Made by a program: the position numbers and the translations under genes. A stretch of DNA of 64,000 bases, from the IMG/VR virus record IMGVR_UViG_3300025785_000013, positions 1 to 64,000 of that record, one strand, 5' to 3'. The stretch comes from a virus. Position 1 is the first letter of the stretch; every line of letters starts with the position of its first letter. Under the pieces are notes generated by a model. It did no database searches, was not told the DNA's origin, and saw nothing but the letters and a program-made list of their open reading frames with translations. Below are positions 1 through 8,737 of the stretch, one piece after another.

Positions 1-474
1 CAAAAGGGAGACGTTCCCGGCCACGAATTCCACGGTAATCAGTATGCCGAAGCACGCAGTGCGAACGACCACCTAAAGATTGCAAACAACTTGCATCTTC
101 AGCACGATGACGAAGCCGACCCAGAGAGTGTGTCGGCACAGCACGAAATCGCAGCATCGCTACACCGTGATATGTCTAGCAAGTTGCGCGACCTTGCTCA
201 AAAAGCCTTAGATAGCCAGCACCCCATTACCTCCAGTTCTTTGCGTCACGCCGCTGAACTTCACGCAGAGGCGGCTCAGGCACACGAAGAAGCAGCCAAA
301 GTGACTGCTGAAAAGGGAATTGGTCAAGAAAGTATTGACGCCGCTTTCCCAGCCGTTAGAGCAAGCCGTGGCGCAAATGAGGCTACTGACCAAGCACTCA
401 ATTTGGCAGGGGACACGGGGCTTGCTCCAGTGTCTTCGTCCTTCCCCAGTGGCGCACCTCACTACAACTACTGA
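1..474 (+). CDS. 5'-truncated His/Ala-rich putative internal head (cargo) protein carrying the KGD..GHxFxGNQY tag
   Basis: Frame is open from base 1: QKGDVPGHEFHGNQY (4-45) runs in frame into the ORF-track protein 91..474, which has HxxAAxxH heptads. Confidence 0.75.
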   Translation, partial: QKGDVPGHEFHGNQYAEARSANDHLKIANNLHLQHDDEADPESVSAQHEIAASLHRDMSSKLRDLAQKALDSQHPITSSSLRHAAELHAEAAQAHEEAAKVTAEKGIGQESIDAAFPAVRASRGANEATDQALNLAGDTGLAPVSSSFPSGAPHYNY

Positions 475-529
475 AAAGCAAAACCATTGGTAGCATTATT
501 GCAACCACGACTTAGTAAAGGAAGTCCAA

Positions 530-1120
530 ATGTCGGATTACGATTCGCAAATTGAGGAATGGCTGGTTCTGGCGAAGGGTGGCCCCGGTTCGGGTGAACA
601 CGAGGGACACCCATTCCGTGGCAACGGCACCACCGGTGGTGTCCCACAGTCTCGGAGCCACGACAACCCAGAAGGCGAAAAGTCGTGGAGCCACGGTCAG
701 CACCTTGACGCTGCATCGTCACATATGGCTGCTGCTCAGGCTGCGTTGATGCGTGGTAGCCACGGTGTCGCAATGCGCCACTTCAACACTGCTGCTCGTC
801 ACTACGCTTGGGCTGCTGCTCGGCTCAACACCAACGGCGCAGACCCGATGCTTCACCAGACTGCGAAGACTGGCTACGCTGCTGCCCACCACGCTGGCGA
901 CACTGCTGAAATCGCCAACAAGGACGTTCGTGCCTACGCTTCTGCGCTCCGTTCGGGTGCTGATGCCCACACCCTCTCGCTTCTTGCAATGAAGGCTCAG
1001 GCGAGCCACAGTGAGGCAGTCAAGGCTGCAACCACGGCAATGAACAACGAGAGTGAAATCGGCGCACACCGTATGAGTGCTGCCATCTCCGGTGCCATCC
1101 CGCAGGCAGAATCGGCTTAG
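530..1120 (+). CDS. His/Ala-rich putative head cargo protein with tag LAKGGPGSGEHEGHPFRGN
   Basis: AAGGA RBS-like element upstream; tag near N-terminus; HxxAAxxH helical repeats. Confidence 0.75.
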   Translation: MSDYDSQIEEWLVLAKGGPGSGEHEGHPFRGNGTTGGVPQSRSHDNPEGEKSWSHGQHLDAASSHMAAAQAALMRGSHGVAMRHFNTAARHYAWAAARLNTNGADPMLHQTAKTGYAAAHHAGDTAEIANKDVRAYASALRSGADAHTLSLLAMKAQASHSEAVKAATTAMNNESEIGAHRMSAAISGAIPQAESA

Positions 1121-1122
1121 TA

Positions 1123-1581
1123 ATGCTGGTTGAAAAGGATGGCTCAGTGACACTTCCGGTGGCGTTGGCGACTTGTCTCGCTGATGCCACTGTGATGTAT
1201 CACCGCGTCCACGCTTTTCATTGGAACATCGTCGGCACCGACTTCCCCCAGTACCACGCAAAGTTTGAGGAAATCTACAACGACGTGTGGGAAAGCCTTG
1301 ACGGTCTTGGTGAAAACCTCCGCAAGGTCGGCGTGTTCGCCCCTTTCCGGTTGACTGACCTTGCTGGAATCGCTTCGGTGTCGGACATCCCGGTTGCCGA
1401 TTACGACCACACGACGCTCGTGACCGACCTCATCGCAGTAAACAACGGTGTGCTGGAAAGCCTGAACTCGGCGTTCCAAATCGCTAGCAATACTGGTAAG
1501 CAGGGAATTGCAAACTTCCTCGCTGGCCGAATCGAAATGCACGACAAATGGGCTTGGCAACTCCAAGCCTCACTCGGTTAG
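1123..1581 (+). CDS. dps: Dps / DNA-binding ferritin-like protein
   Basis: Signature HAFHWNIVGTDFPQYHAKFEEIY; DGLGE; C-terminal HDKWAWQL; 152 aa. Confidence 0.92.
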   Translation: MLVEKDGSVTLPVALATCLADATVMYHRVHAFHWNIVGTDFPQYHAKFEEIYNDVWESLDGLGENLRKVGVFAPFRLTDLAGIASVSDIPVADYDHTTLVTDLIAVNNGVLESLNSAFQIASNTGKQGIANFLAGRIEMHDKWAWQLQASLG

Positions 1582-1589
1582 GACAAAAA

Positions 1590-2663
1590 ATGACCCAGAA
1601 CCCATTCCACCCAGACGCACTTGACCCAATCGGCAAGTCACTCACTGAAATCCTCAAAGGTGACCTTCCGGGACACGAGTTTCGTGGGAACCAATACACC
1701 CAAGGTAGCGCACAGGACACGGCAACTCGTCTGGCCCAGTTCGTCACGAAGAACCGAGGGAACATTTCACCATACACGGCAAAGGACATCGCTCAGGCTC
1801 ACGTTGACCACGCTGGCTACCACAACAAGATGGCAAAATATCTTCACGAGCAAGCCAATGCAGTTGCCCTCAATGGGATGGGCAACGTTGCGCTGGCAAA
1901 GCAAATGGAAAAGGAAGCGCAACTCCACGACAAGGCTTCTTCAGCGCACCTCGCTGCTTCTGAAACCGTGCTAAAGGCTCAGGGTGAGTGGGGTGGACGC
2001 TTGGGTCTTGACGAGAAGAAGCCGACCGCTTCCCAAGTTTCTGCTGCGAGCAACGCTGCTGCAAAGGCAACTGTCGCTGCTTCTGGCCCACAAACCACTG
2101 CTGCACTGGGATGGCAAACTCCTGATATCCAACTTCCCAGTGGCGCACCTTACTTTCTGGCGAAGGGTGGCCCCGGCAGTGGCGCACAGGCTGGCCACCC
2201 TTTTGAGGGGAACCAGTACGCCACTGGCGGTGGCCGTGGTGATGGCCCCAACGACCTCGCTCCTTGGCAAAATGCGCGCAATGTAGCGACGGCAGCAAGT
2301 GACATTCGTGCTAATGAGCGAGCAGGCGTTCCCCAGACCAGTATTCATCAGAGTATTCTTGATAGACACATCGCTATTGGCAAAGAACTCCTGAAGGCTG
2401 CCGAAGATGCCAAGGCTGACCCAGCATCGGCCACAAGCCAGATGGTCAAAGATGGCATTCGTGGTGCCGAACTTGCTGCACAAGCCCATTTCGCTGCTGC
2501 ACAGGCCCACATTGACGCAGCGCCATTCAGTAACACCGTCCATCCCGGCGCTTGGGAGAAGTCACGACTTGACCACGCCGAGGCTGCTAGCCACGCTGCT
2601 GCTGCACTGACTGAAGACACGATGAAGGCAGGCCAACGAGCAAATAGCCGTGTGACGTACTAA
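1590..2663 (+). CDS. Two-module His/Ala-rich tagged cargo protein
   Basis: Start reassigned to ATG 1590 (no overlap with dps). Tags ILKGDLPGHEFRGNQY and LAKGGPGSGAQAGHPFEGNQY each precede a His-rich helical module. Confidence 0.75.
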   Translation: MTQNPFHPDALDPIGKSLTEILKGDLPGHEFRGNQYTQGSAQDTATRLAQFVTKNRGNISPYTAKDIAQAHVDHAGYHNKMAKYLHEQANAVALNGMGNVALAKQMEKEAQLHDKASSAHLAASETVLKAQGEWGGRLGLDEKKPTASQVSAASNAAAKATVAASGPQTTAALGWQTPDIQLPSGAPYFLAKGGPGSGAQAGHPFEGNQYATGGGRGDGPNDLAPWQNARNVATAASDIRANERAGVPQTSIHQSILDRHIAIGKELLKAAEDAKADPASATSQMVKDGIRGAELAAQAHFAAAQAHIDAAPFSNTVHPGAWEKSRLDHAEAASHAAAALTEDTMKAGQRANSRVTY

Positions 2664-2666
2664 TAA

Positions 2667-2972
2667 ATGGCCACTACTTCACCAAACCAAACTTCGCTGT
2701 GGGCAAACACACCGGGCAGTAGCGTCTCTTGCTCTACTGCTTCTGGTGGAACCACGCTTTTGGTCGCCAACCAGCAACGTCAGGGCGTTTGGATTACAAA
2801 CGGTTCCAGCACGGCTGGCAACATTCTCTGGCTCTCTCTCGGTGGCACGGCAGCCACGGGTGCTGGAATCGGAGTACAACCAAGTTCCAGTTGGTTTTCC
2901 AATCAGTTCAGTGGACAAATCAACGGGATTGCAACTAACGCCACGATTTCCGTGGGCATTTCGGAAATCTAA
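2667..2972 (+). CDS. Small beta-rich putative virion protein
   Basis: 101 aa, S/T/G-rich, ANQQRQGVWITN motif; tightly packed in the operon. Confidence 0.55.
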   Translation: MATTSPNQTSLWANTPGSSVSCSTASGGTTLLVANQQRQGVWITNGSSTAGNILWLSLGGTAATGAGIGVQPSSSWFSNQFSGQINGIATNATISVGISEI

Positions 2973-2986
2973 GAAAGGGCAGTGAA

Positions 2987-3454
2987 ATGACTGTTTCCAA
3001 CGCAGAAATCGCAGAGTGGATTTTGAAGTCCTTTGGCTACGATGTCATCAAGGATATGGCTGGCCACGAGTTCCACGGCAACCAGTACACGCAGGGTTCC
3101 GGCAGTGGCCCGAACACCACTTCTAACCCCGAACTGCACCGTCAAGGCGATGCTGGACGTGACCGTTGGGCCGCAATGGTCAGTCGCTACAACGACCCCG
3201 GCCGCCAATACCGTGAGGGTACCCCGGATGCAGGTAGTGGAAAGGTCGGCCACGCCGAAGGCCCAATGGGTCAAATGGGTACGCCGGACGTTTCACCAAG
3301 CAGGCCTGATTCGTCGTACCACACCAGTGGTCTTGGTAGTGGTGGTGCGGGTAGCCCCGACATTACGCAGGGTCACGCTTTCCAAGGGAACAAGTACGCA
3401 GGCGGTCTTCCGAAAGACCACCCCCTCCACGACATACTGCACGAAGAAGGCTAG
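2987..3454 (+). CDS. Gly-rich, probably disordered tagged cargo protein (two tag copies)
   Basis: VIKDMAGHEFHGNQY and GHAFQGNKY. Confidence 0.7.
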   Translation: MTVSNAEIAEWILKSFGYDVIKDMAGHEFHGNQYTQGSGSGPNTTSNPELHRQGDAGRDRWAAMVSRYNDPGRQYREGTPDAGSGKVGHAEGPMGQMGTPDVSPSRPDSSYHTSGLGSGGAGSPDITQGHAFQGNKYAGGLPKDHPLHDILHEEG

Positions 3455-3509
3455 TAAGTATTTCCAATTCTCGGTGTAGTCTTTCTAAAGACGCGAAAGG
3501 ATTTCTCGT

Positions 3510-4817
3510 ATGATTCAAGTTCCAAACACCACGCCAGACGTTGTGACCTTTTACCAAAAGGGCCGTGACGAGGTGGCTGGGCGCATCGCTGGCGACCAGA
3601 TTGCCAAGGCTGCCCGTATGGAAGTTGAGGCTCTTTCAGCAGTTGACAACGCCAACTTCCGTCTTGTGAAGGCCACCGAGCAGATGAAGGCCGCTGAAAT
3701 CGCCTACTTCACTGCCGTTGAGAAGGGCGCATCGAACCGCGAAGAACTGCGCTCAATTTACAACAACACGCTCGCTGGCTACCGTGACGCTGACAAGGCT
3801 GCTGAAAAGGCTGTTGACGAACTGTCGCTCGTCAAGTCTGCTTTGGAAGGTCTTCGTGACATCGCCAAGCGTGAAGTTTCGGACACGGAGCGTCAAGACC
3901 TCGCTGAAAAGGGTAAGGCTATGCCCGACGGCTCCTACCCAATCAAGACGGTTGGCGACCTGAAGAACGCCATCTCGTCGTATGGTCGTGCCAAGAACCC
4001 AGATGCGGTCAAGGCGCACATCATCGCACAGGCAAAGGCCCTGAATGCGACTGACCAACTTCCCGAATCTTGGTCAGATTCCACCACCAAATCACTCCGA
4101 AAGGACGCGGCGATGGCCGATACTTACAACGAAGCAGTCCCGGCTGCGCTGAGGAACCTCTGCCCATCCTGTATGGGGCACGGCGAGGAATCTTGCCCCA
4201 CCTGCAAGGGCGCTGCTGCCGTCTCTGACGAAATGGTTCTGGGTTCGATTTACGACTACCCGGACAACCCGGAACACCCGATGATGAAGAACGCTTTCAG
4301 CACCGAGGCGTTGCTTACCCGTGACTTCCAAAAGTCGGCTGCCTACCAGAACTACATCTTCACCAAGGGTGGCGAGGGTTCTGGCGCACAGCCCGGTCAC
4401 CCGTTCAACGGCAACCAGTACACCGGTGGCGTTTCCACCTCTGCTCGTGGCATCAAGGAAGGCTGGAAGTCCAAGATGGCTCGCTACGCCAAGGCTGCCG
4501 AAGGCCACCTCGCTAACGGTGTCAAGGCAATGGCCGATGGTCGTGCGCTGAAGGCTGCTGGCCAACACGCTGCTGCTGCTGCCAAGTTCTTGGAATCCAA
4601 GGGCCACTTTGAAAAGGGTGCTGGCGCACACTACGGAATCAGCACGGTTCTGAAGGAACACGCTGACCACCCGGACGTGAAGTCGGGCAAGAATATGCCT
4701 GCCGGTGTCCAGTCCCAAGGCTTCCACTACGGCGAGGCTGACCGCATCCGTACTGACCTGAAGGCTGGTGCTGCGTACCAAGCCGACCTCGCAAGTCGCA
4801 AGGCTGCTGGCCAGTAA
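3510..4817 (+). CDS. Head-associated multidomain protein: coiled coil, DUF6582-like (GSYPI) domain, CxxCxGxG Zn finger, tagged His-rich module
   Basis: AMPDGSYPIKTVGDLKNAISSYGRAKNP..LPESW; CPSCMGHG..CPTCKG; FTKGGEGSGAQPGHPFNGNQY. Confidence 0.7.
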   Translation: MIQVPNTTPDVVTFYQKGRDEVAGRIAGDQIAKAARMEVEALSAVDNANFRLVKATEQMKAAEIAYFTAVEKGASNREELRSIYNNTLAGYRDADKAAEKAVDELSLVKSALEGLRDIAKREVSDTERQDLAEKGKAMPDGSYPIKTVGDLKNAISSYGRAKNPDAVKAHIIAQAKALNATDQLPESWSDSTTKSLRKDAAMADTYNEAVPAALRNLCPSCMGHGEESCPTCKGAAAVSDEMVLGSIYDYPDNPEHPMMKNAFSTEALLTRDFQKSAAYQNYIFTKGGEGSGAQPGHPFNGNQYTGGVSTSARGIKEGWKSKMARYAKAAEGHLANGVKAMADGRALKAAGQHAAAAAKFLESKGHFEKGAGAHYGISTVLKEHADHPDVKSGKNMPAGVQSQGFHYGEADRIRTDLKAGAAYQADLASRKAAGQ

Positions 4818-4836
4818 ATCCACACATTGTCGTAGC

Positions 4837-4882
4837 AGTGCCACTACTGAAATCCCGAAGTCTGGGATAAAGTAGTGGCACT
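4837..4882. other. Intergenic inverted repeat (hairpin)
   Basis: AGTGCCACTACT...AGTAGTGGCACT 12-bp perfect stem plus inner ATCCC/GGGAT; no U-tract. Confidence 0.7.
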
Positions 4883-4902
4883 TGCTATTTCTAGGAGAAC
4901 TT

Positions 4903-7257
4903 ATGTCTTCCGATGGTCAAATTCTTTCGTGGGTCAAGTTCGCTCGTACATTTGAAATCCACAAGGCCGGAGATGCTTCTGGCTTAATTGACTGGTACGA
5001 AGACGGTGCTGATGGCCAGATTGACTGGGGCCAGCCCGGAGACTTTGAGCAATGCGTCGCTATTGCTGGAAAGTATATTGACAACCCCGAAGGCTTTTGC
5101 CAACTGCGTCATATTGGAGCAACCGGGGAGCCAGCAGGCCACGCCGAAAGTGAAATCTCCAAAGCCGATGACGATACCGACTACACGGGCATCATTTCTG
5201 ACCGCAAGGGCGAGCCAGCGAACAAGAAACTCTACAGCCGGGTCAAGGCAGACGCAAAGAAGAAGTTCGATGTCTACCCATCAGCAGTCGCAAACGGCTG
5301 GGTTGTCCAAGAGTACAAGCGTCGTGGTGGAACCTACAGGAAGCCTGTAGCAAAGTCAGAATCCTTTACCCCTCCAAAGGGCGTTCAAGAAGCAGCGAAG
5401 AAGGCTTTGGCGTGGATGAAGGATGGAAAGGCTGGCGACGGATTCACCTCAGTGGGCCGTAAACGAGCCTCAGACCTCGCCAACGGCCACGCTGTGTCTA
5501 TGGACACCCTGAAGCGTATGAAGGCCTATTTTGACCGTCATCAGGGCGACAAGGATTCACCACACTGGGATGAGCCAAGCCCCGGCAAGGTGGCGTGGTA
5601 TGCGTGGGGTGGCGATGCTGGCTACTCGTGGGCCAAGTCGGTTGTGGGCAGTGAAATCCAAAAGGGCGACTTCCTCGGACACATCTTCCACGGAAATCAG
5701 TTCACGGGTGGAGAAGCGTCAGGCCGTGCTGAAAAGTTGTCTTCCAAACTGAGCAAGAAGACCTACATTGACCCGGCATCGGCAGGCCCACTCATCAACG
5801 AAGCCAGAGACATTGCCGACATTCACCAAGACCGTTGGAAGCAAATCGTCTCATCCATCCATAACGTCCCAGAAGGCTTGCAAAGCGACAAGGCTAGGTT
5901 CCTCTCGTCGCTCGCCAGTGACCAGTGGCGGGCCTACTCAGCCAATTCAGCAACGGCAGATGCTATCGAAAAGTACCTGCGGGCTGGGAAAAACTTCAAA
6001 ATTGTTCCAGCATCAGCAGCGAAGGCAGCAGCAGCCAGCGCACAGGCCGACAAGTCGTGGGAACGAAACAAGGACTTCATCAGCACCAACACGGGCCAAC
6101 TCGCTCTCACTAAGGGAGATGACCCCGGCCACCCCTTTCGTGGGAATCAGTGGACAGGTGGCGAAGGCAACACTGCCCCGGACAATAAATCACCACTGGA
6201 AGGCGTGAAGCCAAACCCCACGAGCCAAGACTTGGGAGAACGAGTTCTCACTCCAAAGGGCGATACAAGGGAAGACAGAAGGCAGTTTGCCGTCAAAGTG
6301 CTGAAAAGCCTGAACGACGGGAAGCAACCCGTCATTGACGAGAAGAACTTGGAAACTTTTTTTGAGGGGATGAAGGGTGGAATCGGCCACGAGTTCCTGA
6401 AGTCCGACATTACGGAACTTCGCATTGACGGAACACGGTTGATGGGCAAGGACGGTCTGGGCATCGCACGAGTGGATATGCCTCAGGTGGAAACCGAACA
6501 ACGCCCACAGTTCCTCAGCGACTTGGAGAAGAACAACGGCGTGACGGCAACCAAGGAAGACGTTGACCCAACTACCTTGAAGCCCGTGCAGAAGGAAGTG
6601 TTTGCAGTGAAATCTGCTGCCATCTTCCGGTCTTTCAAGGACAGTGCCATCCCGGACAAGATGAGGATTCTCATTTCCAAAGATGGCTACGTCCTTGACG
6701 GTCACCACACTTGGGCAGCAGCAGTTGGCATCCACTTCCACAACGGAGCCAAGATGCCTGTCTACCGACTGTCGGTGAACCACGGCGAAGCGTTGAAACT
6801 CACCACCCAGTGGGCTAACGCCAACAACGCCGAGAACCAAGGGCAAGGGAAGCCGACGGCAACCAAGAAGGCACTGGACTTCATCACTTCGACGCTCCTT
6901 TCCGAGTACTTGTTCTTCAAGGGGGACTTGCAGGGTCACGTCTTCCGAGGCAACCAACATTCCAAAGGTGGAATCGTTCGATTCGACCCTTACAACGCCC
7001 TCTTTACGGCTCACTGCGCTTCAGGGCATCAGAACACTGTCAGGGTGCCAGAGCAGTGGATTGGTAGAAACGCAGACGGTTCGTTCAACGGCCAGTTCGT
7101 GACCGGTGCGCCGGTGTACGTCTGCTCTACCTGCTCACGCCCCATTGACAACCGTTGGCAACTCGTGAACGGCCAGAAGCCAGTATCACCACCTCCAACC
7201 CCGACTGGTAGCCTTTACCTTGGGTTCGGCCAGTCACCGAAGAACTACGTCAAATAG
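4903..7257 (+). CDS. Head-associated polyprotein: three small phage head domains plus three tagged modules, including a ParB/Srx-like domain and a C-terminal Zn ribbon
   Basis: AGGAG RBS at 4893. Motifs IDWGQPGDFEQCV; YPSAVANGWVVQEYKRRGG; TLKRMKAYFDRH..VAWYAWGGDAG; MPQV..LKPVQ..ILISKDGYVLDGHHTWAA; CASGH..CSTC. Confidence 0.75.
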   Translation: MSSDGQILSWVKFARTFEIHKAGDASGLIDWYEDGADGQIDWGQPGDFEQCVAIAGKYIDNPEGFCQLRHIGATGEPAGHAESEISKADDDTDYTGIISDRKGEPANKKLYSRVKADAKKKFDVYPSAVANGWVVQEYKRRGGTYRKPVAKSESFTPPKGVQEAAKKALAWMKDGKAGDGFTSVGRKRASDLANGHAVSMDTLKRMKAYFDRHQGDKDSPHWDEPSPGKVAWYAWGGDAGYSWAKSVVGSEIQKGDFLGHIFHGNQFTGGEASGRAEKLSSKLSKKTYIDPASAGPLINEARDIADIHQDRWKQIVSSIHNVPEGLQSDKARFLSSLASDQWRAYSANSATADAIEKYLRAGKNFKIVPASAAKAAAASAQADKSWERNKDFISTNTGQLALTKGDDPGHPFRGNQWTGGEGNTAPDNKSPLEGVKPNPTSQDLGERVLTPKGDTREDRRQFAVKVLKSLNDGKQPVIDEKNLETFFEGMKGGIGHEFLKSDITELRIDGTRLMGKDGLGIARVDMPQVETEQRPQFLSDLEKNNGVTATKEDVDPTTLKPVQKEVFAVKSAAIFRSFKDSAIPDKMRILISKDGYVLDGHHTWAAAVGIHFHNGAKMPVYRLSVNHGEALKLTTQWANANNAENQGQGKPTATKKALDFITSTLLSEYLFFKGDLQGHVFRGNQHSKGGIVRFDPYNALFTAHCASGHQNTVRVPEQWIGRNADGSFNGQFVTGAPVYVCSTCSRPIDNRWQLVNGQKPVSPPPTPTGSLYLGFGQSPKNYVK

Positions 7258-7265
7258 GAGCAGCG

Positions 7266-7571
7266 ATGAAGGCTAGAGACATTTTCACCAACCTGAAGAA
7301 AGACGCAACCCCGGCTCCCGAAGCCAAGATGCTCTACTTCTACAACGTTTCGATGCCCGAAAACGGTTGCTACGGGACTGCCACGCTGGAAAACGGCGTT
7401 CTGACTGCCGATGAGGGAACCGCAGCCAATATGGTGCAGGCCATCCGTGACCGTGCAGCCAACGACGGGATGGACAACTTCACGGACAGTGAAATCTACG
7501 ACTACCTGAACGGTTGGAGCAACGGACTGATGTTCGCCACCGACGAGCCTACGACGTGGACAGTTGACTAA
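7266..7571 (+). CDS. Small acidic hypothetical protein
   Basis: AGGAG RBS; stop/start coupled to the next gene. Confidence 0.65.
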   Translation: MKARDIFTNLKKDATPAPEAKMLYFYNVSMPENGCYGTATLENGVLTADEGTAANMVQAIRDRAANDGMDNFTDSEIYDYLNGWSNGLMFATDEPTTWTVD

Positions 7572-8716
7572 TGGACTGGAGAAGCATCACCACAATTCTG
7601 AAAGGTGATGTACCCGGACACGACTTTCACGGTAATCAGTGGGTCAACGAAGCCGGTGGGTTCAACGTCAAGGGCAACAAACCCCGTGGTGGTGGAAAGA
7701 AGCCCAAGGCAGCAGTTCGTCAGCCAGCAGCCCCAAAGAAGCAACCAGCCCCACGCCCTGCCCCTCAGAAGCCAGCAGCGAAGAATCCAAAGCAGCGTGA
7801 CCTGAACAGCGTGTTGTTGTCCATCATCAACAACCACCTCAATGCTCAGAAGCAGCCGACATCAACGCCTGCCGACTACGCCCCATCACCAAAGGAAGCC
7901 AAAGAGCCACCCTTTAAGCCGGGCAAGGGATTCTTACCCTTCACCAGTGAAAAGATACAGAACAACGATGAATCTCTGCATCTCGGTGGAGCGCAGCAAA
8001 TCAAGATGGGCAAAGTCACCTTCGATGACGGCTCCAAGGGTGTAGCGAAGACCATCGGGCAATGGAACGGGATTCCAGCAGAAGAAATGGCGAAAGCCGA
8101 AGTGCTGTCATCCAAAATCGGACAGGCTATCGGTGCGCCTATTCGTGACTGTATCGGCGTTCCCGGCCAAAAGGATGCTGTAATCCAGCCGTGGGTGCAG
8201 GGCGAGACGTGGGCAACTTGCTGCGGGCCGATGGCAATGATGCGGAAAGAGAACTTTAACCCCGGCACTGGCGACCCCGACGGGTACCCGCCCCAATTCC
8301 GTGCAGCCCTTGGTGAAATGCGCCTGTTCGACACAATGGTCGGCAACGGTGACCGACACTGCGAGAACGTGATGGTCACGAACACCAACCCGACTGCCTT
8401 TGAGCCGTTCACAAAGAAAGACGGCTCCCAAACCGTTCGCCTGAAGCAGGGATTGACCATTGCCGACGCAATCACCCCAGATTCCAAACTGGTCGGCATT
8501 GACCATTCGCTGGCGTTCCGTTCCTTGTTTCCACCAAGTTCACGAGAACTCCAAAGCGTTGTGACCCAGTACAGCATTAAGCCGTCCCGATTGAACCAAA
8601 TCAACAAGTCCCTGAAGTCTCTCATCAGTGGTGGAACCCTGAACCAAGAGGAACTTCCAAAAGTCAAGGTAATGCAAGCAACACTGGAGCAGGCTTTCCC
8701 CAAAATCATCAAGTAG
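7571..8716 (+). CDS. Tagged HipA/CtkA/PI3-PI4K-like kinase 1
   Basis: N-terminal tag, Pro/Lys linker, GVAK..E, FDTMVGNGDRHCENVM, LVGIDHSLAF. Confidence 0.8.
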   Translation: MDWRSITTILKGDVPGHDFHGNQWVNEAGGFNVKGNKPRGGGKKPKAAVRQPAAPKKQPAPRPAPQKPAAKNPKQRDLNSVLLSIINNHLNAQKQPTSTPADYAPSPKEAKEPPFKPGKGFLPFTSEKIQNNDESLHLGGAQQIKMGKVTFDDGSKGVAKTIGQWNGIPAEEMAKAEVLSSKIGQAIGAPIRDCIGVPGQKDAVIQPWVQGETWATCCGPMAMMRKENFNPGTGDPDGYPPQFRAALGEMRLFDTMVGNGDRHCENVMVTNTNPTAFEPFTKKDGSQTVRLKQGLTIADAITPDSKLVGIDHSLAFRSLFPPSSRELQSVVTQYSIKPSRLNQINKSLKSLISGGTLNQEELPKVKVMQATLEQAFPKIIK

Positions 8717-8737
8717 TCTTTAAATGGGTGAAATGGT

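Noticed and set aside
4092-8712. Long antisense ORFs (e.g. 4092-4844, 6190-7014, 7876-8712; also 24220-25068, 43159-43929)
   Set aside because: Shadow frames of strongly codon-biased real genes
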